DNA of 64,000 nt from positions 1,706-65,705 of the forward strand of contig SXRM01000037.1 of the NCBI GenBank assembly GCA_005792545.1, written 5' to 3'. Both the position numbers and the translations under genes were made by a program. Source of the stretch: Pseudomonadota bacterium (GTDB lineage Bacteria > Myxococcota_A > UBA9042). Under the pieces are notes generated by a model that saw nothing but the letters and a program-made list of their open reading frames with translations, did not search any database and was not told the origin of the DNA. Shown here one piece after another: positions 17,583-26,968 of this stretch (positions are counted from its first letter, which is position 1; every line of letters begins with the position of its first letter).

Positions 17583-18494
17583 ATGTCCGTTTCTGACCCA
17601 CCTCGAAGCAGTTCAACCGCCCATCCAAGTAGCCCAGCCGCCGACGCCCATTGGGCCGTGGTGCTCGGCGTATCGTCGGGCAGCGGTCACGACATCGCCA
17701 AGGCGCTGGCCCAAGACCCGGGTCTGAACATCTTCGGCGCCCACCGCGGCAACTGGCCCGAGCAGATGGCCGAGCTTGACGCCAACATCGGGGCGTTGGG
17801 CCGCCGCATCGAGCACTTTGTCGGCGATGCTGGCACGCCCGACGGTGTCCGCAAGGCCGCGGATCTGTTGGAAGCGACCGTACCCAAGCGCTCGGTGCGC
17901 ATCTTCGTGCACTCGATTGCCAACGCGAGCCTGGGCCTGATGCTGCCCGGCGGCAAGGGGCCGATGCGGCAGTTCATCGCACCCAACTTCCACAAGACCA
18001 TGGACTCGATGGCCAACTCATTTTGCTGGTGGGCCCAGGAGCTGTACGGCCGCGACCTGCTGGCGCCGGGAGCTCTGCTGCTTGGGTTGACCAACCCGAT
18101 CAGCGACTCGATGATCCACAATTTCGCCCTGATTACCGCAAGCAAGGCCGCGCTGCAGGTCTACGTCAAGCACCTGGCGTGGGAGATGGGGCCGCACGGC
18201 TACCGGGTCAACCTGCTCAACTTCGGCACTGTGGACACGGTCGCCGTCAAAAAGGCCTTTACGCCCGAGAAATGGCAGCGTTTCTGCGACGTGGTGGCGC
18301 AGGCCATTCCCGCACACCGCATGCTGACCACCGATGAGGTTGGCCGCTTTGTGTCGCTGCTGCTGCGGCCGGAAGCCAACTGGTTCAACGGTGCCACCAT
18401 CGATTTTACCGGCGGCCAGTCGCAGAGCCTGCTCGACTGCCTGCTGTATGACGAGTGGGATCCGCGCGTCCACCCCGGGGCGGGCCAGGACTGA
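17583..18494 (+). CDS. FabI/FabL-like enoyl-thioester reductase (SDR)
   Basis: LGVSSGSG Rossmann motif, FVHSIANA, F-x6-K in place of Y-x6-K, RVNLLNFG, IDFTGG. Confidence 0.78.
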   Translation: MSVSDPPRSSSTAHPSSPAADAHWAVVLGVSSGSGHDIAKALAQDPGLNIFGAHRGNWPEQMAELDANIGALGRRIEHFVGDAGTPDGVRKAADLLEATVPKRSVRIFVHSIANASLGLMLPGGKGPMRQFIAPNFHKTMDSMANSFCWWAQELYGRDLLAPGALLLGLTNPISDSMIHNFALITASKAALQVYVKHLAWEMGPHGYRVNLLNFGTVDTVAVKKAFTPEKWQRFCDVVAQAIPAHRMLTTDEVGRFVSLLLRPEANWFNGATIDFTGGQSQSLLDCLLYDEWDPRVHPGAGQD

Positions 18495-19072
18495 TGCGCG
18501 CATTCGCACACACCGCCGCAGCCGCGCCTCAACTTGGGGCCGACGATGCCGCGGACAAGCCGGCGACCAAGGTCGCCACGGAGAGCCCGATGAACCCCGA
18601 TGTCCGTTCCATGTTGACAGAAGACCAACTCGCTGTGCTGCGCGGGTCGTACCGCCGCGCGGTCATGGACATGATTGCGACCAAGATCGTCGCCGCGCCC
18701 TACCCGCCCGCCGGTGCGCTGGTCGCCTTTGCGGCCGACCGCTTCTACAACGACGCGCCGCCGGTGTTGACGCAAGCCGACCGCGAGCGCTGCCTCATCG
18801 CCATCTTCGCAGCCGGCCGCCGTCCGGCCTTTGCGATGGCCGTGCACGTCTATTGGGGTCTAATGGAAGGGCTGACGGTCGGCGAAATTGCCGAGATCAT
18901 CACCCTGAGCGCGCTGTACGGCGGCCTGGACGTGCTCACCGACAACAACAAAACGCTGGCCGACACGCTCAAGTTCCTGGCCAAGACTGCCGACGCTGGC
19001 GGCGAGGCGGCGCAGTCGCAAGTGGTGCTGCCGGCGCTGGTCAACGCATTCCGGCCGCCCATCGCGATCTGA
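18494..19072 (+). CDS. carboxymuconolactone decarboxylase/AhpD-like protein
   Basis: TGATG overlap; RERCLIAI...VHVYWGLMEGLTVGEIAEIITLSALYGG pattern; no CxxC. Confidence 0.65.
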   Translation: MRAFAHTAAAAPQLGADDAADKPATKVATESPMNPDVRSMLTEDQLAVLRGSYRRAVMDMIATKIVAAPYPPAGALVAFAADRFYNDAPPVLTQADRERCLIAIFAAGRRPAFAMAVHVYWGLMEGLTVGEIAEIITLSALYGGLDVLTDNNKTLADTLKFLAKTADAGGEAAQSQVVLPALVNAFRPPIAI

Positions 19073-19082
19073 TCGCCGACGC

Positions 19083-20291
19083 GTGGCGACGGTTGCCTGG
19101 TTCAGCGATACCGAGGGCCAGTGGCCCAAGCTGCTGCATTTCTTGGACGGCAACCCGTGCGTGGCGCTGCGCGACGGGCAATTGCAGGTAGCCCCGGACT
19201 GCGTGCTGGTGTTCGGTGGCGACAGCGTCGACCGCGGCCCGGCCGGCTTGCGCCTCTTGCGCACGCTGGTGGACGCCAAGCGGCGCCAGCCCGACCAGGT
19301 GGTGCTGCTGGCCGGCAATCGAGACATCAACAAGTTACGGTTGCTGAACGAAGTCGCGCCCGACCCCGGCAAGCGTCGCCTGCATCGCCGCCTGCCCGAT
19401 GAACTCAAAAGCGCTGATCGCGCACCGCTGCTGCGCTGGACCCTGGCCGAGACCATGAGCGCCAAGGTGGCATTCGCGTGTCGCCAGCAAGAGCTGCAGG
19501 AGATGGGACTGCCTGCCGATGATTCGGCGACCGCCGAGTCGATGCTCGACGACGTGCGGCCAGGTGGGACGCTGCTGGAGTACCTGGCCTGCGCGCAGCT
19601 GATGTGGCGGCACGGCGACGCGCTGTACGTGCACGGCGCCGTGACCGACAGCAACCGCGGGCTCACGCCTGGGTTCGCGGGGCGCGACCTCGATTTTGAC
19701 GCATGGCAACAGCGGCTCAACGCCTACTTTGCACGATCAGTGGCCGCGGCGGCGGCCGGCGACAGCGCGGGCTGCGAGGCTCTGCTGGCCTATCAAGCGC
19801 CGCTGCCAGGCCAGAAATCCAATCCGTACAGCGTCGTGTACAGCCGGACCACCGACGACGACGGCACGCCGCAAGCACTGGCTGGCGAGGTCTGCAACGC
19901 ATTGAACGACCAGGGGATTGCGCGGCTGGTGCTCGGCCACGCCCCGATTGGCGACACTCCGTGCGTGGTGCGCGGTACTGGTGTGGACGTGCTGCTGGGC
20001 GACACCAGCTACAGCCGGCTGGAGCACGGCGCGCGCTTGATCTTGGATGAGGCGGGCAGTCAACTGCGCGGCCGCGTTCGGCTGGACGATGGCTGCGAAG
20101 TCGAAGCGACGACCTGGCACTGCCCCAGTGACCCGGGCCCACTGGGGCTGCACACAACAGACGGCGATCTGGTTGCTGCGCGCCTGAGTGACGGCCGCTA
20201 CTTGCTGTCCCGCGGCCTGCCGGGATGGTCGCGGCGGCAGGTTGCCGTGACCGCGGCTGAGGCGGTGCAGTTGGTGACCCGTACGCGTTGA
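19083..20291 (+). CDS. calcineurin-like metallophosphoesterase (variant motifs)
   Basis: FSDTEG, GGDSVDRG, LAGNRD, VHGA, LGHAPIGD. Confidence 0.78.
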   Translation: MATVAWFSDTEGQWPKLLHFLDGNPCVALRDGQLQVAPDCVLVFGGDSVDRGPAGLRLLRTLVDAKRRQPDQVVLLAGNRDINKLRLLNEVAPDPGKRRLHRRLPDELKSADRAPLLRWTLAETMSAKVAFACRQQELQEMGLPADDSATAESMLDDVRPGGTLLEYLACAQLMWRHGDALYVHGAVTDSNRGLTPGFAGRDLDFDAWQQRLNAYFARSVAAAAAGDSAGCEALLAYQAPLPGQKSNPYSVVYSRTTDDDGTPQALAGEVCNALNDQGIARLVLGHAPIGDTPCVVRGTGVDVLLGDTSYSRLEHGARLILDEAGSQLRGRVRLDDGCEVEATTWHCPSDPGPLGLHTTDGDLVAARLSDGRYLLSRGLPGWSRRQVAVTAAEAVQLVTRTR

Positions 20292-20441
20292 TTCGCGCGC
20301 GGCCGGCTGTTTTTCGGTTGCCGCCGCCCCTTGCAAAACGCTACGCTACGCGCCCCTCGCGCCTTGGGCGACGGTCTGATGCTAGGACCGCAGCCCGTGC
20401 CGGCGCGCGCACCGCTGACCGCACAGGGAACGGATATCACC

Positions 20442-23400
20442 ATGAAACCAAACGGCATTGCCGTGAATCGTTTGTGGATCGCCGCTCTGTGCGCTGCGGC
20501 GAGCGGCTGTATCGCGGGCGGCGGCGGCGGCGGTGGCGGCGGTGGCCCCTTTGTGGCAGACAGCGAGCAGAGCGACCTGGTGCTGCAAATCGGCGACGGC
20601 GACGCAACCGGTGGCACCGGCGATGGGACCGCTGGGGCCGAGACGGACGGCCCTTCGACCGGCGACAGCGGCGGAACCGGCGACGGCGGCGGGCAGACGG
20701 GGGACGGCGGCGGCATCGGCGACACCGCGAGCCAAGGCGACACGGCGACCACCGACGCCAAGGACAGTGCAAGCGGCTGCACCAAGGCCGGCGATTGCGA
20801 CGACGGCAACCCATGCACCAACGATACCTGCAACGCCAACAAGTGTGCGTATGCGCCGGTGGCCGGCTGCGGCACCCAGCCCGTGCCCTGTGACGCCAAG
20901 AACGCGTGCCCGGCGGGCGGCGGCGTCTGCGACAACGAGGCCCACGCTTGCGTGCCGTGCCTGGTCAGCAAGGACTGCGGCGCCGGCAAGGTCTGCGCCG
21001 GCAAGCAGTGCGTCGCCGCGCCAGCTTGCAAGAGCGACGTGGACTGCAAGGCCAGCGGCAAGGTCTGCAACAAGACCGCGGGCGCCTGCGTCGAGTGCAA
21101 TCAGCCGGGCGACTGCGGCACCGACAAGGCCTGCATCAACAACCAGTGCTTTGCGGCACCGCCGTGCGCGACCAGCAAAGAGTGCGACAAGGTCTGCGAC
21201 TTCCAAAAAGGCGTCTGCGTCGATTGTTTGAGCGCCGAAGACTGCCCGGCCGGCCAGACCTGCACCCCCGACAAGCTGTGCAAGCCGGCGCTGTGCACCG
21301 CCAACGCGTGCGGCGCGGGCCAGAGCTTCTTTGTCTGCAAGCCGGGCGGCGGCGGCTACCTCGCAGGCGTGTCGTGCGAGGACGGCAATGCGTGCACGGT
21401 CAATAGCTGCGCGCCGGACAAGGGCTGCTCGACCAAGTTCAACGCGGCGACCTGCGACGATGGCGACCAGTGCACCGAAGGTGACGTCTGTTCGGTCGGA
21501 CAATGCGTCGGCGCCAAAAAAGAGTGCGACGACGGCAACGCCTGCACCAACGACAGCTGCAGCCCCAAGCTCGGCTGCGTGACCGGCCCGGCTTTTGGCA
21601 ACTGCGACGATGGCAACTTTTGCACCACCGGCGATTACTGCGAAAACGAGAAGTGCACCGGCACGCCCAAGGTCTGCGACGACGGCAACATCTGCACCAA
21701 GGACGTATGCGACCCCAAAGCCGCATGCCAGTTCGACACTGCCGAAGGCCCGTGCGACGACAAGAACGTGTGCACGAGCAACGACAAGTGCGTGTCGGGC
21801 GTGTGCCTGGGCGAGGCCAAGGGCTGCGACGACAACAACGCTTGCACCGATGATAAGTGCAACGTCGCCGGCGGCGGCTGCAGCTACACCAACAACGCCG
21901 CTGCTTGCGAAGATGGCAACCAGTGCACCACCGGCGACAAGTGCTCGCTCGGCAAGTGCTATGCAGGCGTCACCAAGAACTGCGACGACGCCAATCCGTG
22001 CACCACCGACAGCTGCCTGAACGGAGCCTGCCAGGGCCTGAACAACACGGTGGCCTGTAACGACGGCGACGCATGCACACTTGGCGACGCCTGCAGTGGC
22101 GGTGCTTGCAAGGCCGGCGCGACGCCGCAGACGTGCAACGACAGCAACCCCTGCACCGACGACAAGTGCGACAAGCTGGTCAACTGCCAGTACCTGGCCA
22201 ACACGGCAGACTGCAACGACAGCAATGTCTGCACCGACGCCGACAAGTGCGCCAACAAGGCCTGCGTGGGTGGCGCGGCCAAGACTTGCGAGGACAACGA
22301 CGCTTGCACCCAGAACACCTGCGACAAGGTCGCGGGCTGCAAGTACCCGGCCGATCTCGCCAAGTGCGACGACAAGGACCTGTGCACCACCGACAGCTGC
22401 TCAGCGCCTGGCGGCGCCTGCAAGCACGACAAGGTGCCCAACTGCTGCACCAAGCAAAGCCAGTGCGACGACGCCGACCCGTGCACCGACGACATCTGCG
22501 CCGGCAACCAGTGCGTGCACAAAGGCAACGGCAAGTGCTGCGCAGAAGACGGCGAGTGCAATGACAATTCGGCGTGCACCGCTGACTCGTGCCTGCTCGG
22601 CAAGTGCCAGTTCACCACCTTGCCTGGCACGCCAACGCCTGCCGTTCTGGGCGACTGGGAAGACCTGGGCGACATCCAAGACTGGGTCGCCAACCCCAAC
22701 GTCGGCGTCATCGGCTGGTCGCAGAGCAGCACGGCCGGCGCCAACACCGGGTCGGGCGCGCTGCTGTTTGGCGACCCCGGCAAGCTCAAGAACGCCAGCG
22801 GCACGGTGTCGGTGTCGATCCTCAGTCCCAAGTTCACCGTGCCGGCCGGCGGCAAGGCCACGTTGTCGCTGAGTTGGAAGCAGGATTTCGTCGGCTTGTC
22901 GTCCACGGCCTACCCACCACTGGTGGTCTACGTTGTCGCGGGCGGCAAGGAGACGGCGCTCAACACCGGCTACTACAACACGCTCAAGAAGTACCAGCCG
23001 ATTACGGTCGACTTGTCGCCCTACGGCGGCCAGTTGGCGCAGGTCAAGCTCGTCGGCCTCATCTACCACAGCGCAGCCTCGCCGGCCTCGGGCTATGGCG
23101 TGGTGGTCGACGACGTCACCACCTCATGGACCTGCAAAGCGACGACCTGCACCGCAGACAGTGGCTGCACGACAGCCTCGGCGTGTTCGCAGGGCGTGTG
23201 CGTGGCCGGTTCGTGCGCCTACGCGTTCAAGTGCTGCACGCTGGCCACCGACTGCAACGACAACAACCCGTGCACCACCGACTCGTGCAGCGGCACCAAG
23301 TGCGTGCACAGCAAGATCGCCGGCTGCTGCGGCAAGGACACGGAGTGCAACGACAGCAACGTGTGTACCTACGACACCTGCAATGTCGCCACCAAGACCT

Positions 23401-24149
23401 GCAAATTCGCCGGCGTGTCCGAATGCTGCACCAGCAATGCCAATTGCAACGACAACGAAGCCTGCACCATCGACAGTTGCGACGCCGGCACCTGCAAGTT
23501 CCAGAACACCTGCTGTGCCACTGACAAGGAGTGCGACGACAAAGACAACACCTGCACCATCGACAAGTGCAACCTGACGACCAAGAAGTGCGAGTACACC
23601 GGCACCGGCGTCGCCGGCTGTTGCACCCCGATTGTGTGGAAGGAGAGCTTTGACACGCCGCTCGCGGGCTGGACCATCTCGAATTCTGGTGGCGCCACAA
23701 AGGGTTGGCAGCAATGGGCCACACCCAAGAACCCACCGGGTCCCAAGTCGGCGCCCGGCGTGCTGTACTATGGCGACCCGCCGTTACTGAACTTCAATTT
23801 TGGCGCCAACAGCGGCACCATCAAGTCGCCCAAGATCACGTTGCCGCCGACGGCGACCAAGCTGACCGTCAAGGCGTGGCTGTACATGGACACCGAAGCC
23901 GGCGGCGCCGGGTCCTACGACGACCTCTACCTGTATCCGGTTGTCGACGGCGTGCAGATGGCGGCAGTCTGGACCAAGTCGACGGTCGGTTTCACGGTCG
24001 GTTCTTGGATTGCGATTACCGGCGATCTGACGGCCTACAAGGGCAAGTCGCTGGAGCTGCTGTTCAACTTCAACACCAAGGACAGCATCGGCAACAGCGG
24101 CCTGGGCGTGCTCATCGACGACCTCATCGTGGAGCGCGCGTGTCCGTGA
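20442..24149 (+). CDS. large Cys-rich surface lipoprotein with about 21 C-D-D-G-N-x-C-T-x-D-x-C repeats and two beta-sandwich domains
   Basis: Lipobox ASGC, Gly/Asp/Thr linker, repeats counted by eye, two mutually similar domains (GxLxFGDP...SPKxTxP...DLxxYxG...GVxxDD). Confidence 0.85.
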   Translation: MKPNGIAVNRLWIAALCAAASGCIAGGGGGGGGGGPFVADSEQSDLVLQIGDGDATGGTGDGTAGAETDGPSTGDSGGTGDGGGQTGDGGGIGDTASQGDTATTDAKDSASGCTKAGDCDDGNPCTNDTCNANKCAYAPVAGCGTQPVPCDAKNACPAGGGVCDNEAHACVPCLVSKDCGAGKVCAGKQCVAAPACKSDVDCKASGKVCNKTAGACVECNQPGDCGTDKACINNQCFAAPPCATSKECDKVCDFQKGVCVDCLSAEDCPAGQTCTPDKLCKPALCTANACGAGQSFFVCKPGGGGYLAGVSCEDGNACTVNSCAPDKGCSTKFNAATCDDGDQCTEGDVCSVGQCVGAKKECDDGNACTNDSCSPKLGCVTGPAFGNCDDGNFCTTGDYCENEKCTGTPKVCDDGNICTKDVCDPKAACQFDTAEGPCDDKNVCTSNDKCVSGVCLGEAKGCDDNNACTDDKCNVAGGGCSYTNNAAACEDGNQCTTGDKCSLGKCYAGVTKNCDDANPCTTDSCLNGACQGLNNTVACNDGDACTLGDACSGGACKAGATPQTCNDSNPCTDDKCDKLVNCQYLANTADCNDSNVCTDADKCANKACVGGAAKTCEDNDACTQNTCDKVAGCKYPADLAKCDDKDLCTTDSCSAPGGACKHDKVPNCCTKQSQCDDADPCTDDICAGNQCVHKGNGKCCAEDGECNDNSACTADSCLLGKCQFTTLPGTPTPAVLGDWEDLGDIQDWVANPNVGVIGWSQSSTAGANTGSGALLFGDPGKLKNASGTVSVSILSPKFTVPAGGKATLSLSWKQDFVGLSSTAYPPLVVYVVAGGKETALNTGYYNTLKKYQPITVDLSPYGGQLAQVKLVGLIYHSAASPASGYGVVVDDVTTSWTCKATTCTADSGCTTASACSQGVCVAGSCAYAFKCCTLATDCNDNNPCTTDSCSGTKCVHSKIAGCCGKDTECNDSNVCTYDTCNVATKTCKFAGVSECCTSNANCNDNEACTIDSCDAGTCKFQNTCCATDKECDDKDNTCTIDKCNLTTKKCEYTGTGVAGCCTPIVWKESFDTPLAGWTISNSGGATKGWQQWATPKNPPGPKSAPGVLYYGDPPLLNFNFGANSGTIKSPKITLPPTATKLTVKAWLYMDTEAGGAGSYDDLYLYPVVDGVQMAAVWTKSTVGFTVGSWIAITGDLTAYKGKSLELLFNFNTKDSIGNSGLGVLIDDLIVERACP

Positions 24150-24180
24150 CTTTGGAATACGTCATCCCCGCATCGGGTTT

Positions 24181-24314
24181 GGTCACGTGAAAAATCTGCT
24201 CGATTTTCCACGTACGCCCCGTGCTTGCTCAGTGGGTCGCAAGCTCGCGTCTTTGCAAGCCGACTCGCCGCTCCGCTGTTGGGCAGGGCGATCCACTTGT
24301 TCTTACACAACTCC
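24181..24314 (+). mobile_element. 134 bp dispersed element, copy 2
   Basis: Core 24232-24276 identical to copy 1 at the same offset (51 nt); flanked by TTT(G) direct repeats; left-arm hairpin of different sequence but same geometry. Confidence 0.72.
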
Positions 24315-24326
24315 TTTGTGCCGCTA

Positions 24327-25580
24327 ATGCGCTTCAGTTCCGGCCTTAGCCGTCATCCCGAGACCAGTCAGGCCGTTGGCGAGGCAGCGGACATTGCCCG
24401 CGCCGGCCTTGCGGGCGAAGAGCCGGACCTGGTCCTGCTGTTCGTGACCTCCCATCACGCCGACCAGTTTGCGGACTTGCCGCTGACGGTGGCAGCACAC
24501 TTTCCGCGGGCGCTGCTCCTCGGCTGCTCGGCGGGCGGCGTGGTCGGATCAGCCACCGAAGTCGAGCGCGCCCCCGGCCTGTCGATGACGCTGGCGAGCC
24601 TGCCCGGGGTGGATCTGCGGCCCTTCCACGTCGAGGACAGCGACGTACCCATGCCAGAGCGCGCACCGCTGGCCTGGCGGCAACGACTTGGCCTGCCGCC
24701 ATTGATGACTGCTGCGGACGACGCCAGGCCGACGCCAATCGTGGTGCTGCCCGAGCCGTTTTCGGTGCGCATCGAGCGCCTTTTGCGCAGCCTGGACGCT
24801 GCGTTTCCAGACGGCGTCAAAGTGGGCGGCGCGGCAAGTGGCGGCACGCGGCCGGGCACCCATGCGCTGTGGTTGGGTCCGCGACTGTTCAGGCGCGGCG
24901 CGGTGGGCGTGGCGCTGCGCGGCAACCTGGCGGTCGACGGCGTGGTCGCCCAGGGCTGTAAGGCGCTAGGCACGCCGATGCTGGTCACGCGGTCGCAGGG
25001 CAACGTGATCCTCGAACTCGACGGCCGCACGCCGCTCGATGTCATCCGCAGCCTCGCCGCCGACCTGTCGGCCGAAGACCTCGAGCTCGCCAAGGCGGCG
25101 CTATTTGTCGGCATCGAGATGGAGCCGGATCGCGTCGAGTACGGCCACGGCGACTTCTTGGTGCGCCAGATTGCCGAGGTTGACCAGACCAAGGGCTGGA
25201 TGTCGCTCGGCACCAAGATTGCGCCGTGGCAGGTGGTGCAGTTCCACGTCCGCGACGGCAAGACCAGCGCCGCGGACCTGCGGCGGATGCTCGAGCGTTA
25301 CCGTAGCCAGCAGACGGAAGGCGATCCGCAAGGCGCACTGTTGTTTTCGTGCGTGGGCCGCGGTGAGAACCTGTACGGCGCGCCCAACCAGGAGAGCCGC
25401 ATCATCGAGGCGCTGGTGCCGGGCGTGCCGCTGGGCGGCTTTTTCTGCAATGGCGAAATCGGCAAGGCCGGCAAGGCGACGGCGTTGCACGGGCTGACCG
25501 CCAGCCTTGCGCTGTTTCGCGATCCGGGCGAACCGGCGGCGCCGCCGCAGTGGCAAGTGCGCGGGGCGGCAGACGCGTGA
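24327..25580 (+). CDS. FIST-domain protein (NosP-like)
   Basis: LLGCSAGG, GGAASGG, VAQGCKALG, FSCVGRG, GFFCNGEIG. Confidence 0.9.
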   Translation: MRFSSGLSRHPETSQAVGEAADIARAGLAGEEPDLVLLFVTSHHADQFADLPLTVAAHFPRALLLGCSAGGVVGSATEVERAPGLSMTLASLPGVDLRPFHVEDSDVPMPERAPLAWRQRLGLPPLMTAADDARPTPIVVLPEPFSVRIERLLRSLDAAFPDGVKVGGAASGGTRPGTHALWLGPRLFRRGAVGVALRGNLAVDGVVAQGCKALGTPMLVTRSQGNVILELDGRTPLDVIRSLAADLSAEDLELAKAALFVGIEMEPDRVEYGHGDFLVRQIAEVDQTKGWMSLGTKIAPWQVVQFHVRDGKTSAADLRRMLERYRSQQTEGDPQGALLFSCVGRGENLYGAPNQESRIIEALVPGVPLGGFFCNGEIGKAGKATALHGLTASLALFRDPGEPAAPPQWQVRGAADA

Positions 25581-26929
25581 ACCCTTTCGGTTGTCGCAGT
25601 GCGCTGGTCGCCTTGGTGCTGGCGTCGATATCGGTCGCACATCCAGCCGCCGGTCTGGACCTGGACCAGGCCTGGGCACTGGCGCGGCAACGGCTGCCGG
25701 CACTGCGCGCAGCGCAAGCGCGGACCGACGCCATGCGGGCACGCGTCGACGTAGCGGCCATCCCGCTACTGCCAACCGCGTCGCTCGACGTGACTCAAGC
25801 GGCGACGACGGCCAATTTTGTGCAGCGTCCAGGGGCGGTGCCGCGATCGTTTACGACCGGTTCCAGCGCCAACACGGTCGGCACTTCGCCAGAGCTGTAT
25901 CCGTTCTTTCAAGTTGGGGGCAATGCGCGGTGGACGGTGTGGGACTTCGGCCGCACGGCCGCGGCACTGGACGCCGCCCGCTCGAGTGCTCGCGCTGCGG
26001 CGCTGGGTGAAGACACGCTGCGCCAGCGGCTGTGGGTAGTGGTCGCCACGGCCTATTTGCAAGCACTAGCGGCGCAGGCAGTAGCTGAGGTCGCCGAAGA
26101 CGCCGTGCAATTGGCGACCCGTCGCCGCGACCTCGTGCAGGCGCGCGTCAAGGCCGAAGTGCGGCCAATGCTGGACCTGTTGCGCGCCGAGGCCGACCTG
26201 CAATCCGCAGACGTGGCCCGCATGCGCGCCTACGACGACATCCACAATGCTCGGCTGGCGTTGGGGCTGGCGATGGGCCTGGACCGCGCGCCGGACGGGG
26301 CTTTGGAAGCGCCGCGCCAACCGACCGCGGTGGTCAGCGACGCCGAGTTGCAAAGCGGCGCTGCCGTGGACAATTGGACAGCGGAGGCGAGCAGCCGGCG
26401 CCCGGAACTGCGGGCCTTGGATGCCGACCTCGATGCGGCCCGTGCCCAGTTGCGCGCCGCGGCGCTGCAGTGGCTGCCGAGCGTGTTCGTCAGCAGCCAG
26501 GCGACACTTGCCGGCACTGAGTTCGACAACCTGGTCTACAACTACAGCGCCACGGCCGGCGCTAGCCTGCCGATTTCAGGTGTGTGGCTGGCCGTGCCGC
26601 AGGCGGCGGAAATGCGCGCCAACTTGCGTCAAATCCAGGCTAATCGCGACGCCGTAGTCTTGCAGATTCGCGGCGAGGTCGACGGCGCCCGCCAGCTGTG
26701 GCTGCAGGTACGTCGGCGCCGCGGCCCGCTGCAGACCCTGTTTGCGCTCGCCGACAAGGCCCACGAACACGCGCGGGCGCGGTACCTGGCGGGCGCGGCG
26801 TCGCTGGTCGAGGTCATCGACACCGAGGCTGCGCGCAACCAGGCAAAGCTCCAGGTGGTGCAGGCCGAGCTCGACGAAGTGCTGGCCGTAGCGCGCTGGC
26901 AAGTGGCCATGGGGCGCATCGGCCAATAG
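25577..26929 (+). CDS. TolC-family outer-membrane efflux protein
   Basis: GTGA overlap; signal peptide; TVWDFGR, VATAYLQ, WLPSV, RYLAGAASLVEVID. Confidence 0.85.
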   Translation: MNPFGCRSALVALVLASISVAHPAAGLDLDQAWALARQRLPALRAAQARTDAMRARVDVAAIPLLPTASLDVTQAATTANFVQRPGAVPRSFTTGSSANTVGTSPELYPFFQVGGNARWTVWDFGRTAAALDAARSSARAAALGEDTLRQRLWVVVATAYLQALAAQAVAEVAEDAVQLATRRRDLVQARVKAEVRPMLDLLRAEADLQSADVARMRAYDDIHNARLALGLAMGLDRAPDGALEAPRQPTAVVSDAELQSGAAVDNWTAEASSRRPELRALDADLDAARAQLRAAALQWLPSVFVSSQATLAGTEFDNLVYNYSATAGASLPISGVWLAVPQAAEMRANLRQIQANRDAVVLQIRGEVDGARQLWLQVRRRRGPLQTLFALADKAHEHARARYLAGAASLVEVIDTEAARNQAKLQVVQAELDEVLAVARWQVAMGRIGQ

Positions 26930-26968
26930 CCAACCCAGCCGCCCCGATCGACGCGACAGGAACGATGG

